From: a bacterium
GTDB lineage: Bacteria; Bacillota_I; Bacilli_A; RFN20; CAG-826
Length of the DNA stretch: 64,000 nucleotides
Assembly (NCBI GenBank): GCA_963651465.1
Contig: CAVJPS010000012.1
Coordinates: 66,179 to 130,178, forward strand
Direction of reading: 5' to 3'
Under the pieces are notes generated by a model that did not search any database, was not told the origin of the DNA, and saw nothing but the letters and a program-made list of their open reading frames with translations. The translations under genes were made by a program, and so were the position numbers. Below are positions 1-10,383 of the stretch, one piece after another; within the stretch, counting starts at the first letter, position 1, and every line of letters begins with the position of its first letter.

Positions 1-2
1 CT

Positions 3-1787
3 GAAGATGAAATTAATTATTTATTTAACCAAATAGGAAGTTTAATTGAAAAAGGAGTAGATTTAAACAATATTTATATTTACCCTGTTGAAGACGAATA
101 TAAGAAGATATTAGTTAAGTATATGAATTTTCATAATATTCCAATGGAACTAGGTGAAAATTATTATTTAAGTGAATCACCTATATTTAAGTGGTTTATT
201 TCTCGTTATGAAGCTGATGGCTCTAGTGAAGAAATTATTCTAGAAGAAGCAATAAATGCCTTTAACGATAAATATAATGCTTGCAATGCTATAACTGAAA
301 TTATTAATCAAGTTAACACTTTAAAAATTTCAAAAAAAGAAAAAATAGAATTAATTAAGTATAAAGCTAGTATTAAAAAATTAGATAATATACATTATAG
401 AAAATCAATTAAAATGACAAATAATACGTATTTTGAAAAAGGCGATTATTTGTTTGTTTTAGGTTTTAATTTAAAATCTTTTCCAATTATTAAGAAAGAT
501 AATGATTATTTATCTGATTGTGAAAAAGAAAATCTTGGATTAAATACATCAAGTGATGAAAATATGATTAATAAAGAAAAACTCATTAATTTACTTAATT
601 CATTTGATAAAGATCATTTAATAATTACTTTTGGTGACAGAACCGTAAATACTAAGAATTATAAATCAACTATTATTCAGGATTTAAAGTATGAAGTAAA
701 AAATGGAGTAATTGATAATAGAAGATATTCTACTCGTTTAGCAAGATATGAATGTAGTAAAGAAAAAGAAGAATATTTACTTTATAGGCATAAAGGAAAA
801 CATTTAAATGCTTTTTCTGATAAAGAACTAGAATTTAAAGAATACGATAATAATTTTAAATGGGAAGGTACACCTAAATTTGAAATTAAAAAAATAGCAT
901 ATACTTCTTTAAATGATTATTTTAAATGCCCTTTTATGTATTATTTAAGTTACATGTTAAATGTATCAGATTTTGAAGGTAATTTTAATTCTAATTTAGG
1001 TACGTTTGTACATGAAATTCTAGAAAAAAATGTTAAAAATGAAACTTTTGATTTTGATGATTTTAGACAAAAGTATGAAGATTTCTTTAAGACTAATAAA
1101 GAAAAATTTCTTGTAAATGAATGTCGTCCTGCTATTTATGCAATGGTTAAATTCAACTACGATTTATCTAAAATTAGTTCCTTCAATGAAATAAAGACAG
1201 AACAAGAACTTAATAGTAAATTAAATGATGTAACTATTGAAGGTAAAATAGATAGGCTTTATGTAAATAGTGAGAATAAGTACATTGCAATTGTTGATTT
1301 TAAAACAGGTAAAGAAAAATTTGACTACAAAAAAGTTCCTTATAATTTTAGTATGCAATTACCTATTTATTCCTACTTGGTTAATGAAAAATATAAAGAC
1401 TTTATGTTAATAGGACTTTTTATTCAAAATGTGTTTGACAAATCAAATAATAGATATAGAGGTGTCATATTAAACGATGAAGAAATTGTAAAAAAATTAG
1501 ATAATACTTATGGGAAAGATCATGATGGAGTATATGTTTCTAATAAAGAATCTGTATCATTATCTAATGATGAAATTGTAGCCTTGGGTAACAATGCAAA
1601 ACAAAGTATTATTGATGCAATTAATTCCATCAAAAGCGGTGAATTTCCTATTACTCAAAAATATATTGATGGTAAAGATGAATCATGCAAATATTGTAAT
1701 TTCAAAGATATATGTTTTAAAACAAATAAAAATAAGATTGATTTAGATGAAAAAAAAGATACGGAAGGAGCTGATAATAATGAGTGA
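3..1787 (+). CDS. addB: ATP-dependent helicase/nuclease subunit B (AddB/RexB-like), C-terminal part. The reading frame is open from the window edge, so the 5' end lies upstream of the window.
   Basis: The frame is open from nt 3 with no stop before the first Met at 123. The C-terminus carries a RecB-family nuclease motif (GKIDRLYV...IVDFKTGK) and a Cys cluster (CKYCNFKDIC) typical of the AddB Fe-S nuclease domain. It lies directly upstream of, and overlaps, a UvrD-like addA. Confidence 0.6.
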   Translation, partial: EDEINYLFNQIGSLIEKGVDLNNIYIYPVEDEYKKILVKYMNFHNIPMELGENYYLSESPIFKWFISRYEADGSSEEIILEEAINAFNDKYNACNAITEIINQVNTLKISKKEKIELIKYKASIKKLDNIHYRKSIKMTNNTYFEKGDYLFVLGFNLKSFPIIKKDNDYLSDCEKENLGLNTSSDENMINKEKLINLLNSFDKDHLIITFGDRTVNTKNYKSTIIQDLKYEVKNGVIDNRRYSTRLARYECSKEKEEYLLYRHKGKHLNAFSDKELEFKEYDNNFKWEGTPKFEIKKIAYTSLNDYFKCPFMYYLSYMLNVSDFEGNFNSNLGTFVHEILEKNVKNETFDFDDFRQKYEDFFKTNKEKFLVNECRPAIYAMVKFNYDLSKISSFNEIKTEQELNSKLNDVTIEGKIDRLYVNSENKYIAIVDFKTGKEKFDYKKVPYNFSMQLPIYSYLVNEKYKDFMLIGLFIQNVFDKSNNRYRGVILNDEEIVKKLDNTYGKDHDGVYVSNKESVSLSNDEIVALGNNAKQSIIDAINSIKSGEFPITQKYIDGKDESCKYCNFKDICFKTNKNKIDLDEKKDTEGADNNE

Positions 1788-4700
1788 AACTAATTTTACT
1801 GATGACCAACTTAAAGCACGTGATGACTCAGGTCATAATATTATTGTGTCAGCTGGGGCAGGAAGCGGAAAAACTTTCGTATTAGCACATAGAGTTTTAC
1901 ATTTTATAACAGAAAAAAATTATAAGATTAAAGATTTCTTAATTGTTACTTTTACAGTCGAAGCTGCTGGAGAAATGAAAGAAAGAATAAGAAATTTCTT
2001 AACTGATGCTAATTCACCAGAAGCAAATTTAGTTGATGAAGCTGATATTGGAACATTTGATGCTTTAATGTTACAAATTGTTAAACGTTATCATAATTTG
2101 ATTAATGTATCTAATTCGATATCAATAATTGATAATTCAATTATAAAAACTAAAGTTATTGAATATATTAATGAAGAATTTGAAAGACTTTATGGCGTTG
2201 AAGGCAAAACACCTTTTAAAGACGGAGTTAGAAGAATGTCTGTCGAAAAAAAAGATGATAATGTAGTTGATTTAACTTATAAAATATATTCATATTTTGG
2301 TGATAAAAGTGATTATGAAATAGCAATTGATGAGTATTTTAATAAAGTTTATAATCCAACATTTATTAAAGATAATATCATTAAGTATTATGTAGATATA
2401 TTTCTTAATTTCCGTGAAAATCTTAAGGTTGGTATTGAAAGTTCACAATATTGGTCTAGTGCAAAAGGCATTGATTTTTATAATGAATTATACTCGGACT
2501 GGGAAAACTTTTTACTGTGTGAGGAAAACTATGATTCTTTAATGAATAATTTTCCTTTAAAATTTAGTTTTACAACCCAGCAATGCGATAATGAGGATGA
2601 TAAAAAAGCAAGAAACCAATTAAAAGACGATATCAATTTATTTAAAAATGATTATTTTTCAGAATTCAAAATGTTTAAAGATGAACAATCTATCATTGAT
2701 AGAATACTTGAAGATAAAGAATTTATACATGAACTTTTAAACGTTGTTAAAAATGTTCGTAAACGTATTGATGATTATAAAAAAGAATTAAATTGTTATG
2801 AATTTGTTGATATTTCTAATATGGCAATTAATCTTATTAAAAATAATGACGATGTTCGTAATGAACTTAAGAACAAATATAAGATGATTATGGTTGATGA
2901 GTATCAAGATACAAGTACTAGTCAAGAAGAATTTGTAAACTTAATTGGTAATAATAATGTTTATATGGTTGGTGATGTTAAACAATCAATTTACGGATTC
3001 CGTGGTGCACGACCTGAATTATTTCAAAATAAATACAATTTATATAAGAATGATTCGACTAAAGGAGAAGCAATTGATTTAAGATATAACTTCCGTTCTA
3101 GAGGTGAAGTTCTAACTGATATCAATAATATGTTTAAGACATTAATGGTTGAATCATTAGGTGGAATTAATTACACTAGAGATCATATTATCGGTATTGG
3201 AAATACTGATTATGCAAAAGTAGGTTCTAATGGACAAGATTGTCATTTTCAAATCCTTCCTTACGATTGTAAAGATAGAAATGGCAATAGTGAAATTGAA
3301 GCAAATATTATAGTTAATGACATTATTGATAAAATGAATAGCAAATATCAAGTAATGGAAAAAGACAAATTACGTGATTGTAAGTTGAGCGATTTTTGTA
3401 TCTTGATAAGTACGACTACTGATTTTGAAACGTTTATTAAAGTATTTGAAGAAAGAGGAGTGCCTCTTAATACTTTATGTGATATTAAAATATCTGAACA
3501 CTTACAACCAGTTTATATTATTCAAAATATAATAAGAATGATTGATTATATAAAGAGCAATAAAGAAAAAGATTCTTTATTTAATCATTCATATACTTCA
3601 ATTGCTCGTTCATATATATTTGAATATAGTGACGATAGAATATATCAAGTAATTACTAATCATGATTTTGATAATGATGAACTATACTGTACTTTTAAAT
3701 CTATCATAGATAATAACTTAGATGAAAAGTTATCTACTATTCTTCAAAAAATTTTATATGAAATTGGTTTATACGATAAACTATCTAAATTAGGTGACAT
3801 TAAGAGTTTTGAATACTTATATGATAATCTTATTTCAAATGTTGTAATTATGGAAAAGATGAATTATTCAATAACAAACATCATTGATTATTTTGAAGAT
3901 TTAAAAAACGAAGACAATAAGGCAAAAATTACTGGAATAAAAAAGAATATTGATAGTGTAAATTTAATGACTATTCATAAATCTAAAGGACTAGAATTTA
4001 ATATTATTTATTATCCTTGTTTAAGTAAAACTAATTTCTTTGGTAGGTCAAAAGGTGATACTAAAATAGATTTGTATGGCGTTTCTTTTAAAAGTAGTAG
4101 TGAGAACCCTCTCAGCCCTGTTTTAAAATTTGAAAATAATATTAATACTATCAGTGAAAAGATAAGACTTTGGTATGTTGCGTTAACCCGTGCTAAAGAA
4201 AAAATGATATTTATCTATAAAGTTAGTAATGGTGTTAAAAAACTTGAAAAAGCAGGAGCAATGGTGCACTTATTAAAATACTCACTTCAAGATAATTGTT
4301 TTCCATCTATTGGAATTTTAGATGTACCAAAGAATAGCACTTTAAATCTTAAAGAAGATAATTCATCTAATAATGAAAAATTCATTATAAAAGATCTTCC
4401 TATTAATAAAGAAGAAATCGAAATCAAAAAAGCTAGTAAAGAAATAAAGAGTAATGTTAATTATGATGCATTAACATTTGGTACTCAATTACACTTTATT
4501 ATGGAAGTATTTGATTTTAAGAAAAAAGATTTTTCTATGTTCGATGAAAAAAATAAAAAATATAAAGATATTGTAGAAAAATTTATTAATTCACCATTAC
4601 TAAAAGATATTGATAAAAAGAATTGTGAGTTATTCCGTGAATTCTCATTTAATGATGAAAAGAATAACACTCATGGTATTATCGACTTATTTATTAAATA

Positions 4701-4866
4701 TGATGATCATATTGATATTATCGATTATAAAACTAAAGAGATTAGTGATTCTTTATATGATACTCAATTACATGTTTATCGTGATTATTTACAAACAATA
4801 TCTAATTTGCCAATTAATATGTATTTATATTCTTTAACAACTGGAGAATATAGAAAAGTAGAATAA
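1780..4866 (+). CDS. addA: ATP-dependent helicase/nuclease subunit A (AddA/RexA): a UvrD-like SF1 helicase with a C-terminal RecB-type nuclease domain.
   Basis: Walker A motif VSAGAGSGKTF, helicase motifs DEYQDT and GDVKQSIYGFRGA, and a C-terminal nuclease motif GIIDLFIKYDD...IIDYKT. The ribosome-binding site GGAAGGAG sits 10 nt before the ATG at 1780. The ORF track's alternative start at 1747 is in the same frame. Confidence 0.8.
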   Translation: MSETNFTDDQLKARDDSGHNIIVSAGAGSGKTFVLAHRVLHFITEKNYKIKDFLIVTFTVEAAGEMKERIRNFLTDANSPEANLVDEADIGTFDALMLQIVKRYHNLINVSNSISIIDNSIIKTKVIEYINEEFERLYGVEGKTPFKDGVRRMSVEKKDDNVVDLTYKIYSYFGDKSDYEIAIDEYFNKVYNPTFIKDNIIKYYVDIFLNFRENLKVGIESSQYWSSAKGIDFYNELYSDWENFLLCEENYDSLMNNFPLKFSFTTQQCDNEDDKKARNQLKDDINLFKNDYFSEFKMFKDEQSIIDRILEDKEFIHELLNVVKNVRKRIDDYKKELNCYEFVDISNMAINLIKNNDDVRNELKNKYKMIMVDEYQDTSTSQEEFVNLIGNNNVYMVGDVKQSIYGFRGARPELFQNKYNLYKNDSTKGEAIDLRYNFRSRGEVLTDINNMFKTLMVESLGGINYTRDHIIGIGNTDYAKVGSNGQDCHFQILPYDCKDRNGNSEIEANIIVNDIIDKMNSKYQVMEKDKLRDCKLSDFCILISTTTDFETFIKVFEERGVPLNTLCDIKISEHLQPVYIIQNIIRMIDYIKSNKEKDSLFNHSYTSIARSYIFEYSDDRIYQVITNHDFDNDELYCTFKSIIDNNLDEKLSTILQKILYEIGLYDKLSKLGDIKSFEYLYDNLISNVVIMEKMNYSITNIIDYFEDLKNEDNKAKITGIKKNIDSVNLMTIHKSKGLEFNIIYYPCLSKTNFFGRSKGDTKIDLYGVSFKSSSENPLSPVLKFENNINTISEKIRLWYVALTRAKEKMIFIYKVSNGVKKLEKAGAMVHLLKYSLQDNCFPSIGILDVPKNSTLNLKEDNSSNNEKFIIKDLPINKEEIEIKKASKEIKSNVNYDALTFGTQLHFIMEVFDFKKKDFSMFDEKNKKYKDIVEKFINSPLLKDIDKKNCELFREFSFNDEKNNTHGIIDLFIKYDDHIDIIDYKTKEISDSLYDTQLHVYRDYLQTISNLPINMYLYSLTTGEYRKVE

Positions 4867-4922
4867 GATGTAATAATAAAATCATTGTGATAAAATGATA
4901 TTATAGATTGGGGTGTAAGATA

Positions 4923-5534
4923 ATGAGTGATATGGATTTAGGTGAAACATTTAAACTCGTTGAGTATAAAAATGGTTTATGCCCAATTTGTGGTTCTAAA
5001 GTAAATAATGAAGAATATGTGTTATGTGAAATGTGTGTTCATCGTGTAAAAAAAAGTGCTCTTTACACACGTGAAGAGCCAACTATTGCACGTGAATTAT
5101 CGCGAATTAGTAATCTTGCTAATGGTTTTGACGATAAAGCATTAACACATGAATTATCACTTCATTATTACAAACTTTTAGAAAGTACTGCTAAAGACGC
5201 TAATGAATTAGCATATATGCTTGCAACAGTTGTAATATATGTATTACGAGAAATACAAGGTCGAGTTGACGAAGACGATGATAACTTTGCTTGTATAGTT
5301 GACTATTTTGGTGAATTATTTCATTTTGCTCAACCAGAAGAACTTGTAAGACAAGTACATCTTGAAAATGATGAATTATATGCAAAGATTATTGATATCT
5401 TTGAAAGATTATCAATAAGAGATACGATTTCGTTAATTACTCTTACATGTGCATGTGTATCTCTAGCGTACGAATATGATCTTAATATTAATGCATATGA
5501 ATTATTAGTAGGAATATTAAGGGATAATTTTTAA
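4923..5534 (+). CDS. Hypothetical protein with an N-terminal CxxC...CxxC zinc-ribbon.
   Basis: ORF with the N-terminal motif CPICGSKV...CEMCVHRV; no other recognisable domain. The ORF track start is a TTG at 4908; the first ATG is at 4923. Confidence 0.45.
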   Translation: MSDMDLGETFKLVEYKNGLCPICGSKVNNEEYVLCEMCVHRVKKSALYTREEPTIARELSRISNLANGFDDKALTHELSLHYYKLLESTAKDANELAYMLATVVIYVLREIQGRVDEDDDNFACIVDYFGELFHFAQPEELVRQVHLENDELYAKIIDIFERLSIRDTISLITLTCACVSLAYEYDLNINAYELLVGILRDNF

Positions 5535-5539
5535 CAATT

Positions 5540-5568
5540 AAAGTCAATCGATTGATTGACTTTTTTTA
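5540..5568 (+). terminator. Rho-independent terminator.
   Basis: Hairpin agtcaatc-gatt-gattgact followed by a T7 run. Confidence 0.6.
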
Positions 5569-5638
5569 TCAAAAAATATAATCTTTATGAACAATGGTAT
5601 AGATATTTAAGATATAATATTCATATAGAAGGATAATT

Positions 5639-6547
5639 ATGAAACGTATAGGAATTATTGGTTTAGGACACAATGCAAAATACTATAAAGATGGGTTTTA
5701 TAATTCATGTATGCTAGATTTAGTAGCAGTATGTGATAAAGATAAAAGCTCACCTTCTTTTTTAAGTTTTAAATCTTACGAATTCTATACTGATTACCTT
5801 AAAATGATTTCTATTGAAATGCTTGATTATGTATTAATTGCAACTGAACCTTCTAAACATTATGAAATAGCAAAGAAATGTTTAGAAAAAGGAGTAAATG
5901 TAATTATTGAAGCTCCCGTTGGCATGTCATATGATGAAACAACATATTTGATTAATTACGCTAAAAAGAATGCATTATTGTTTGATGTTATTAACCATAC
6001 AGAAAACTATTCGGAAGTATCATATATTAAAGAACACATTAATGAATATGGAACATTAAAAGATATTTATATTACGGTCAATCACCCATTTTCAAAAAAT
6101 GGTAAAAATATAGATAAAGAATATGCTAATCTTGACGGATGTTATTATTACGATGCATATGAGATATTTGATTTACTTTCTAATTTCTTACCACTTAAGA
6201 AGATTATATTAATGGATAAGAATATAAAAAAAGATTCTTCTACAAACGATGATATATATGTTTGTTTAGATTTATATATTGATGGTGTTAATGTACATAT
6301 AATATTTGACTGGACTAATAATTCGACTTTAATTAATTCTAAATTTGTATTTAGTAAAAATATTGTTAATATTTGTCACTCATCTCAAATAATTACAATT
6401 AATGTTCGCGAGCAAGTTAATTGTAAAACTAAAAAAGAAAAATACACCGAATATTATGAAAAATACTTGAGTAATTACATTGGTAAAGTATCATACGATC
6501 ATATATTAAATATTCATAAGATAATGTTCACAATGAAAGATTTATAA
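5639..6547 (+). CDS. Gfo/Idh/MocA-like NAD(P)-binding oxidoreductase.
   Basis: N-terminal Rossmann motif RIGIIGLGHNAKYY and a 'KGVNVIIEAPV' segment like the EKP motif of the family. The C-terminal half is divergent. Confidence 0.5.
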   Translation: MKRIGIIGLGHNAKYYKDGFYNSCMLDLVAVCDKDKSSPSFLSFKSYEFYTDYLKMISIEMLDYVLIATEPSKHYEIAKKCLEKGVNVIIEAPVGMSYDETTYLINYAKKNALLFDVINHTENYSEVSYIKEHINEYGTLKDIYITVNHPFSKNGKNIDKEYANLDGCYYYDAYEIFDLLSNFLPLKKIILMDKNIKKDSSTNDDIYVCLDLYIDGVNVHIIFDWTNNSTLINSKFVFSKNIVNICHSSQIITINVREQVNCKTKKEKYTEYYEKYLSNYIGKVSYDHILNIHKIMFTMKDL

Positions 6548-6573
6548 CGTTCACAAAAATGTGAACGTTTTTC
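6546..6573 (+). terminator. Rho-independent terminator.
   Basis: Stem aacgttcaca / tgtgaacgtt (10 bp) with an AAAA loop and T-run; it overlaps the stop codon. Confidence 0.6.
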
Positions 6574-6619
6574 TTTAATTTACCTATGTTAAGTGATAAA
6601 ATAAATTGAGGTGTTTTAA

Positions 6620-9600
6620 ATGAACTATAAACAATCTGATTATGATTTACTTTTAGTAACTCGTTCAAAATTACGAATTCGTTATCGTGACGCAAAGGGA
6701 AAAGAACCTATTATATGTTCGGATGAAGCTTTAAAAAACTTAGCTATTCGCAAACCATTTTTTAAAAAAGAATTAGCATATATTCCTGGTTTAGGTACTG
6801 AGTTTATGAATACTTATGGCGATGAATTTATGAAAGTATTACGTAAAATCAATAACGATAATATGGAAGTAAATACATTAAATGCTGAACATATTAATAT
6901 TTTAAAAAAATACGAAGCAAGATTAATTAACCTTAATCGTCGTAATAGATTACTTTGTACAAATACAATAAAATCAAAATATGGCTTTGATTTATATGAA
7001 GCCCAAGATGCATCTAAAATTGAAGATTTTATATTACGTAAAAACGATACTAATAAAGTTACACTTTTAAGTTATACCTCAAAAAACAATCCAGTTATTA
7101 AAGATATTTCTAGAAGATTAAGAACATTATTACGTGAAACAAATAAAGATATAAAGGAAAACGGTACTAACGATTTATATATTGGCTATCCTTTTATTGA
7201 AGGTAAAATAGTTAAAGAAGATTTTATTATAAGAGCACCTTTAGTTTTATTCCCAGTTAAAATTAAAGAAACTTCAACAAAAATTGAAATGCTTATTGAC
7301 GATAAAAGAGATGTCAAATTTAACTCAAATTTATTCTTAGCATTTATGGGCTTTAATAATGTTTCAAATATTGAAATTCCTGAAATGACTTTAGAAAAGA
7401 TTGAACCATTTAACTTTATTAATCAAGTTGCAGACTTCTACAAACCTACGGGACTTAAGTTTGAAAGAGTATTGGATATTTTTGGAATGTTTCAAAATTA
7501 TAGCTATGAAATGGCAAATGAATTAGTAAAGCCAAACGAATTTAGATTAATGAATAATGCAATTCTTGGTGATTTTCCATTTTTCTCAAGTTCTATTCAA
7601 AGTGATATTAAGCGTTTAATCAATCAAAAATATGTTACAAATATTGTTTATGATTTATTAATTGACACTGATACAGTTGATGTTCTTGATAATAGTAATT
7701 CAAGTGTTAACGAGAATTATACATTTAATGAAGATGAACATTGCTATATTAATTCTCTTGATTACGCTCAAGAAGGAGTTTTAGCAAAAGTTGCAAATAA
7801 TGACCGTTTAGTTATTCAAGGTCCACCAGGAACTGGTAAATCTCAAACAATCACATCTATTGTTACTGATGTTGTTTCTAAAGGTAAAAATGTTTTAGTT
7901 GTTTCTCAAAAAAGAGCAGCTTTAGAAGTTATACATAATAGATTAGGCGAATTATCAAAATACGCTGTTATGGTCACTGATTTACAAGATAAACAAGGTT
8001 TCTATAATCAAGTTGCGTCTGCTATTATGTGCAAAGAAAAAAATTCATTTGATGAAACTACATATAAAGATATATCATCTAAAGTTAAGTTTTTCTTAAG
8101 TGAAGCTGAGGATATTAGAAAAGCACTTATTAATAATGTTAGTGATCCTGATAAAACAGATATGACATATGTTTTTGAAATGAATCACGATAACTTTATT
8201 ACCAAAGAAAAAGATAAGGAATATGAAAAGTATTTTGAATTTTCAAATAAATTCCATAATCAAACATTAGAATCATTAAAGTTTGAAGACTATGTGAATT
8301 TTTATAAAGTATTTAATGAGGGTCATAACTTAGAACTATTTAAGGAATATATTGAATATAAATTAGATAGTGGATGGTTTGTAAGTTTAAAGAAAGATTT
8401 ACCAGCAAAAGAACTTGCAAAGTTACAACAAGAAGTTACTATCTTTGTTAATAAATCGGAAGAATTACAAAAAGCTCATGGATTGTTTAAAAAATGGCGT
8501 TTACGTCGTGGACTTAAAAAAGCATTACAAAATATTATGGCTCAATTCTTTGTTAAGAGCGTAGACTATGATCATTTTGTAACAATCGCTCCTAAACTTC
8601 TTGAAGGTTTACCAAAATATCGTGATATTTGTGTAGCGTATGCAGCAATACATAACTTTGACCATAACACAATTATGTATGGTAATATGCTTTTTATGAT
8701 TGCTAAGCATTATAAAGTTGATCTTACTACAGCTAATAAATATTATTTTGATTATCTTGCATATACTTATATTAATGTATTTGAAGCGAATAATTCATAT
8801 GTATATGGTTTAATGAAAAACTATAATGAATTAGTAGCAAGTATTAAAGTCACTAATAATAAGAAAATGGAAATGGGTAAAGCTAAATTCGTTGATTATA
8901 TGAATACTTTAATGACATGGAATTCATGTTACGAAAGTAAATATAATGAAGTTAAACATTTTAAGGATTCAACTAAACAACCTTCTATAGCAAAGGTATT
9001 TGAAAAATATGATTTTGAATTATTATCTAATATTCGTATTTGGTTAATGACTCCTGAAGTAGTATCAGAAGTATTACCATTTAAAGCTGGTTTATTTGAT
9101 TATGTAATATTTGATGAAGCTTCCCAATTATATGTTGAGAAAGGTATTCCTTCAATATATCGTGGTAAAAACGTCATTATTGCTGGTGATAATAAACAAC
9201 TTCGTCCTTCTAGTTTTGGATTTACTAAGATTGACGATGACGATGAAGAAGATTTAGCAGTATCTCTTGATGAAGAAAGTTTACTTGACCTTGCTAGATT
9301 TAAATATCCTCAAACAATGTTAAATTATCATTATCGTTCTTTATATGGTGAACTTATTAACTTCTCAAACTTTGCTTTCTATGATGCAAAACTAAATATT
9401 GCACCTAATATAGAAGAATGCAATATTCCCCCAATTGAAACTTTAAAAGTAGAAAATGGTGTTTGGGATAAACGCGCAAATAAAGAAGAAGCATTAAGAG
9501 TAGTTGCACTTATAAAAGATTTATTAAATAATCGTAAACATAATGAAACAATAGGAGTTATTACATTTAACTCTACACAAATGAATTTAATTCAAGATAT

Positions 9601-10339
9601 GTTAGAAAATGAATGTAGTAACGATAATGAATTCAATTTATTACTAAACAAAGAATACAATAGAATCGAAGATGGCGAAGATAAATCTATCTTTATTAAA
9701 AATATTGAAAATGTTCAAGGTGATGAAAGAGATATTATTATTTTCAGTATTGGATATGCAAAAGATCCTAAAGGAAAAATTATTCATAATTATGGTTGGT
9801 TAAATCAATCTGGTGGGGAAAATAGATTAAATGTTGCTATTACTAGAGCTAAACGTAAGATCTATATAGTATATTCATTAGACCCAATTTTATTAAATGT
9901 TGATGGCTTAAAAAATAACGGACCAAAGATTTTTAAGAAATATCTAGAATACGCCGAAGCAGTATCAAAAGGTGATAAAGAATTAGCTAGGTCTATTCTT
10001 ACTTCATTTACAAATGGTAATAATAGATATGATGTTTACAATAATACAGCCTTGAATTTACAACAAGTATTGAAACAAAAAGGAATTGAAAGTGAACTTA
10101 ATGTTGGAGTAGGTACATACTTTATTGATTTAGCTATTAAAAAGGATAACAAATATATTCTTGGTATTGAATTTGACGATGCATTCTCAAGATTTGAAAA
10201 TGCACGCGAAAGAGAAATTCATCGCCGAAGATTCCTTGAAAGTAAGGGCTGGAATATAATGAGATTATTCGGTGCTAATTATTGGCGATATCACGAAGAT
10301 ATTATTGAAAATATTATTAAATACGTTGAAAAGAAATAA
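6620..10339 (+). CDS. Large SF1 (Upf1/DNA2-like) helicase with an N-terminal HRDC-like domain and a C-terminal DUF559/Vsr-like endonuclease domain. It is a helicase-nuclease fusion and resembles single-gene Hhe-type defence candidates.
   Basis: Walker A VIQGPPGTGKSQTITSIV. Walker B-like IFDEASQL. Motifs VIIAGDNKQLRP and YRS...FSNFAFYD of the AAA_11/AAA_12 type. An arginine-finger region GGENRLNVAITRAKRKIYIV. A C-terminal DUF559 pattern IDLAI...GIEFDD...AREREIHRRRFLESKGWNIMRL. Confidence 0.7.
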   Translation: MNYKQSDYDLLLVTRSKLRIRYRDAKGKEPIICSDEALKNLAIRKPFFKKELAYIPGLGTEFMNTYGDEFMKVLRKINNDNMEVNTLNAEHINILKKYEARLINLNRRNRLLCTNTIKSKYGFDLYEAQDASKIEDFILRKNDTNKVTLLSYTSKNNPVIKDISRRLRTLLRETNKDIKENGTNDLYIGYPFIEGKIVKEDFIIRAPLVLFPVKIKETSTKIEMLIDDKRDVKFNSNLFLAFMGFNNVSNIEIPEMTLEKIEPFNFINQVADFYKPTGLKFERVLDIFGMFQNYSYEMANELVKPNEFRLMNNAILGDFPFFSSSIQSDIKRLINQKYVTNIVYDLLIDTDTVDVLDNSNSSVNENYTFNEDEHCYINSLDYAQEGVLAKVANNDRLVIQGPPGTGKSQTITSIVTDVVSKGKNVLVVSQKRAALEVIHNRLGELSKYAVMVTDLQDKQGFYNQVASAIMCKEKNSFDETTYKDISSKVKFFLSEAEDIRKALINNVSDPDKTDMTYVFEMNHDNFITKEKDKEYEKYFEFSNKFHNQTLESLKFEDYVNFYKVFNEGHNLELFKEYIEYKLDSGWFVSLKKDLPAKELAKLQQEVTIFVNKSEELQKAHGLFKKWRLRRGLKKALQNIMAQFFVKSVDYDHFVTIAPKLLEGLPKYRDICVAYAAIHNFDHNTIMYGNMLFMIAKHYKVDLTTANKYYFDYLAYTYINVFEANNSYVYGLMKNYNELVASIKVTNNKKMEMGKAKFVDYMNTLMTWNSCYESKYNEVKHFKDSTKQPSIAKVFEKYDFELLSNIRIWLMTPEVVSEVLPFKAGLFDYVIFDEASQLYVEKGIPSIYRGKNVIIAGDNKQLRPSSFGFTKIDDDDEEDLAVSLDEESLLDLARFKYPQTMLNYHYRSLYGELINFSNFAFYDAKLNIAPNIEECNIPPIETLKVENGVWDKRANKEEALRVVALIKDLLNNRKHNETIGVITFNSTQMNLIQDMLENECSNDNEFNLLLNKEYNRIEDGEDKSIFIKNIENVQGDERDIIIFSIGYAKDPKGKIIHNYGWLNQSGGENRLNVAITRAKRKIYIVYSLDPILLNVDGLKNNGPKIFKKYLEYAEAVSKGDKELARSILTSFTNGNNRYDVYNNTALNLQQVLKQKGIESELNVGVGTYFIDLAIKKDNKYILGIEFDDAFSRFENAREREIHRRRFLESKGWNIMRLFGANYWRYHEDIIENIIKYVEKK

Positions 10340-10349
10340 TCAAACAAAA

Positions 10350-10380
10350 AAAGTATAAGATTTTGGTCTTATACTTTTTC
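10350..10380. terminator. Bidirectional rho-independent terminator between convergent genes.
   Basis: Hairpin agtataaga-ttttgg-tcttatact flanked by A-run and T-run. Confidence 0.6.
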
Positions 10381-10383
10381 ATA

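Noticed and set aside
3157-4837. Small ORFs from the six-frame track inside or antisense to addA (3157-3351 on minus, 4485-4670 on minus, 4610-4837 on plus).
   Set aside because: They lie entirely within the well-supported addA reading frame. They have low-complexity Ile/Leu/Phe-rich translations typical of AT-rich antisense frames, and no RBS.
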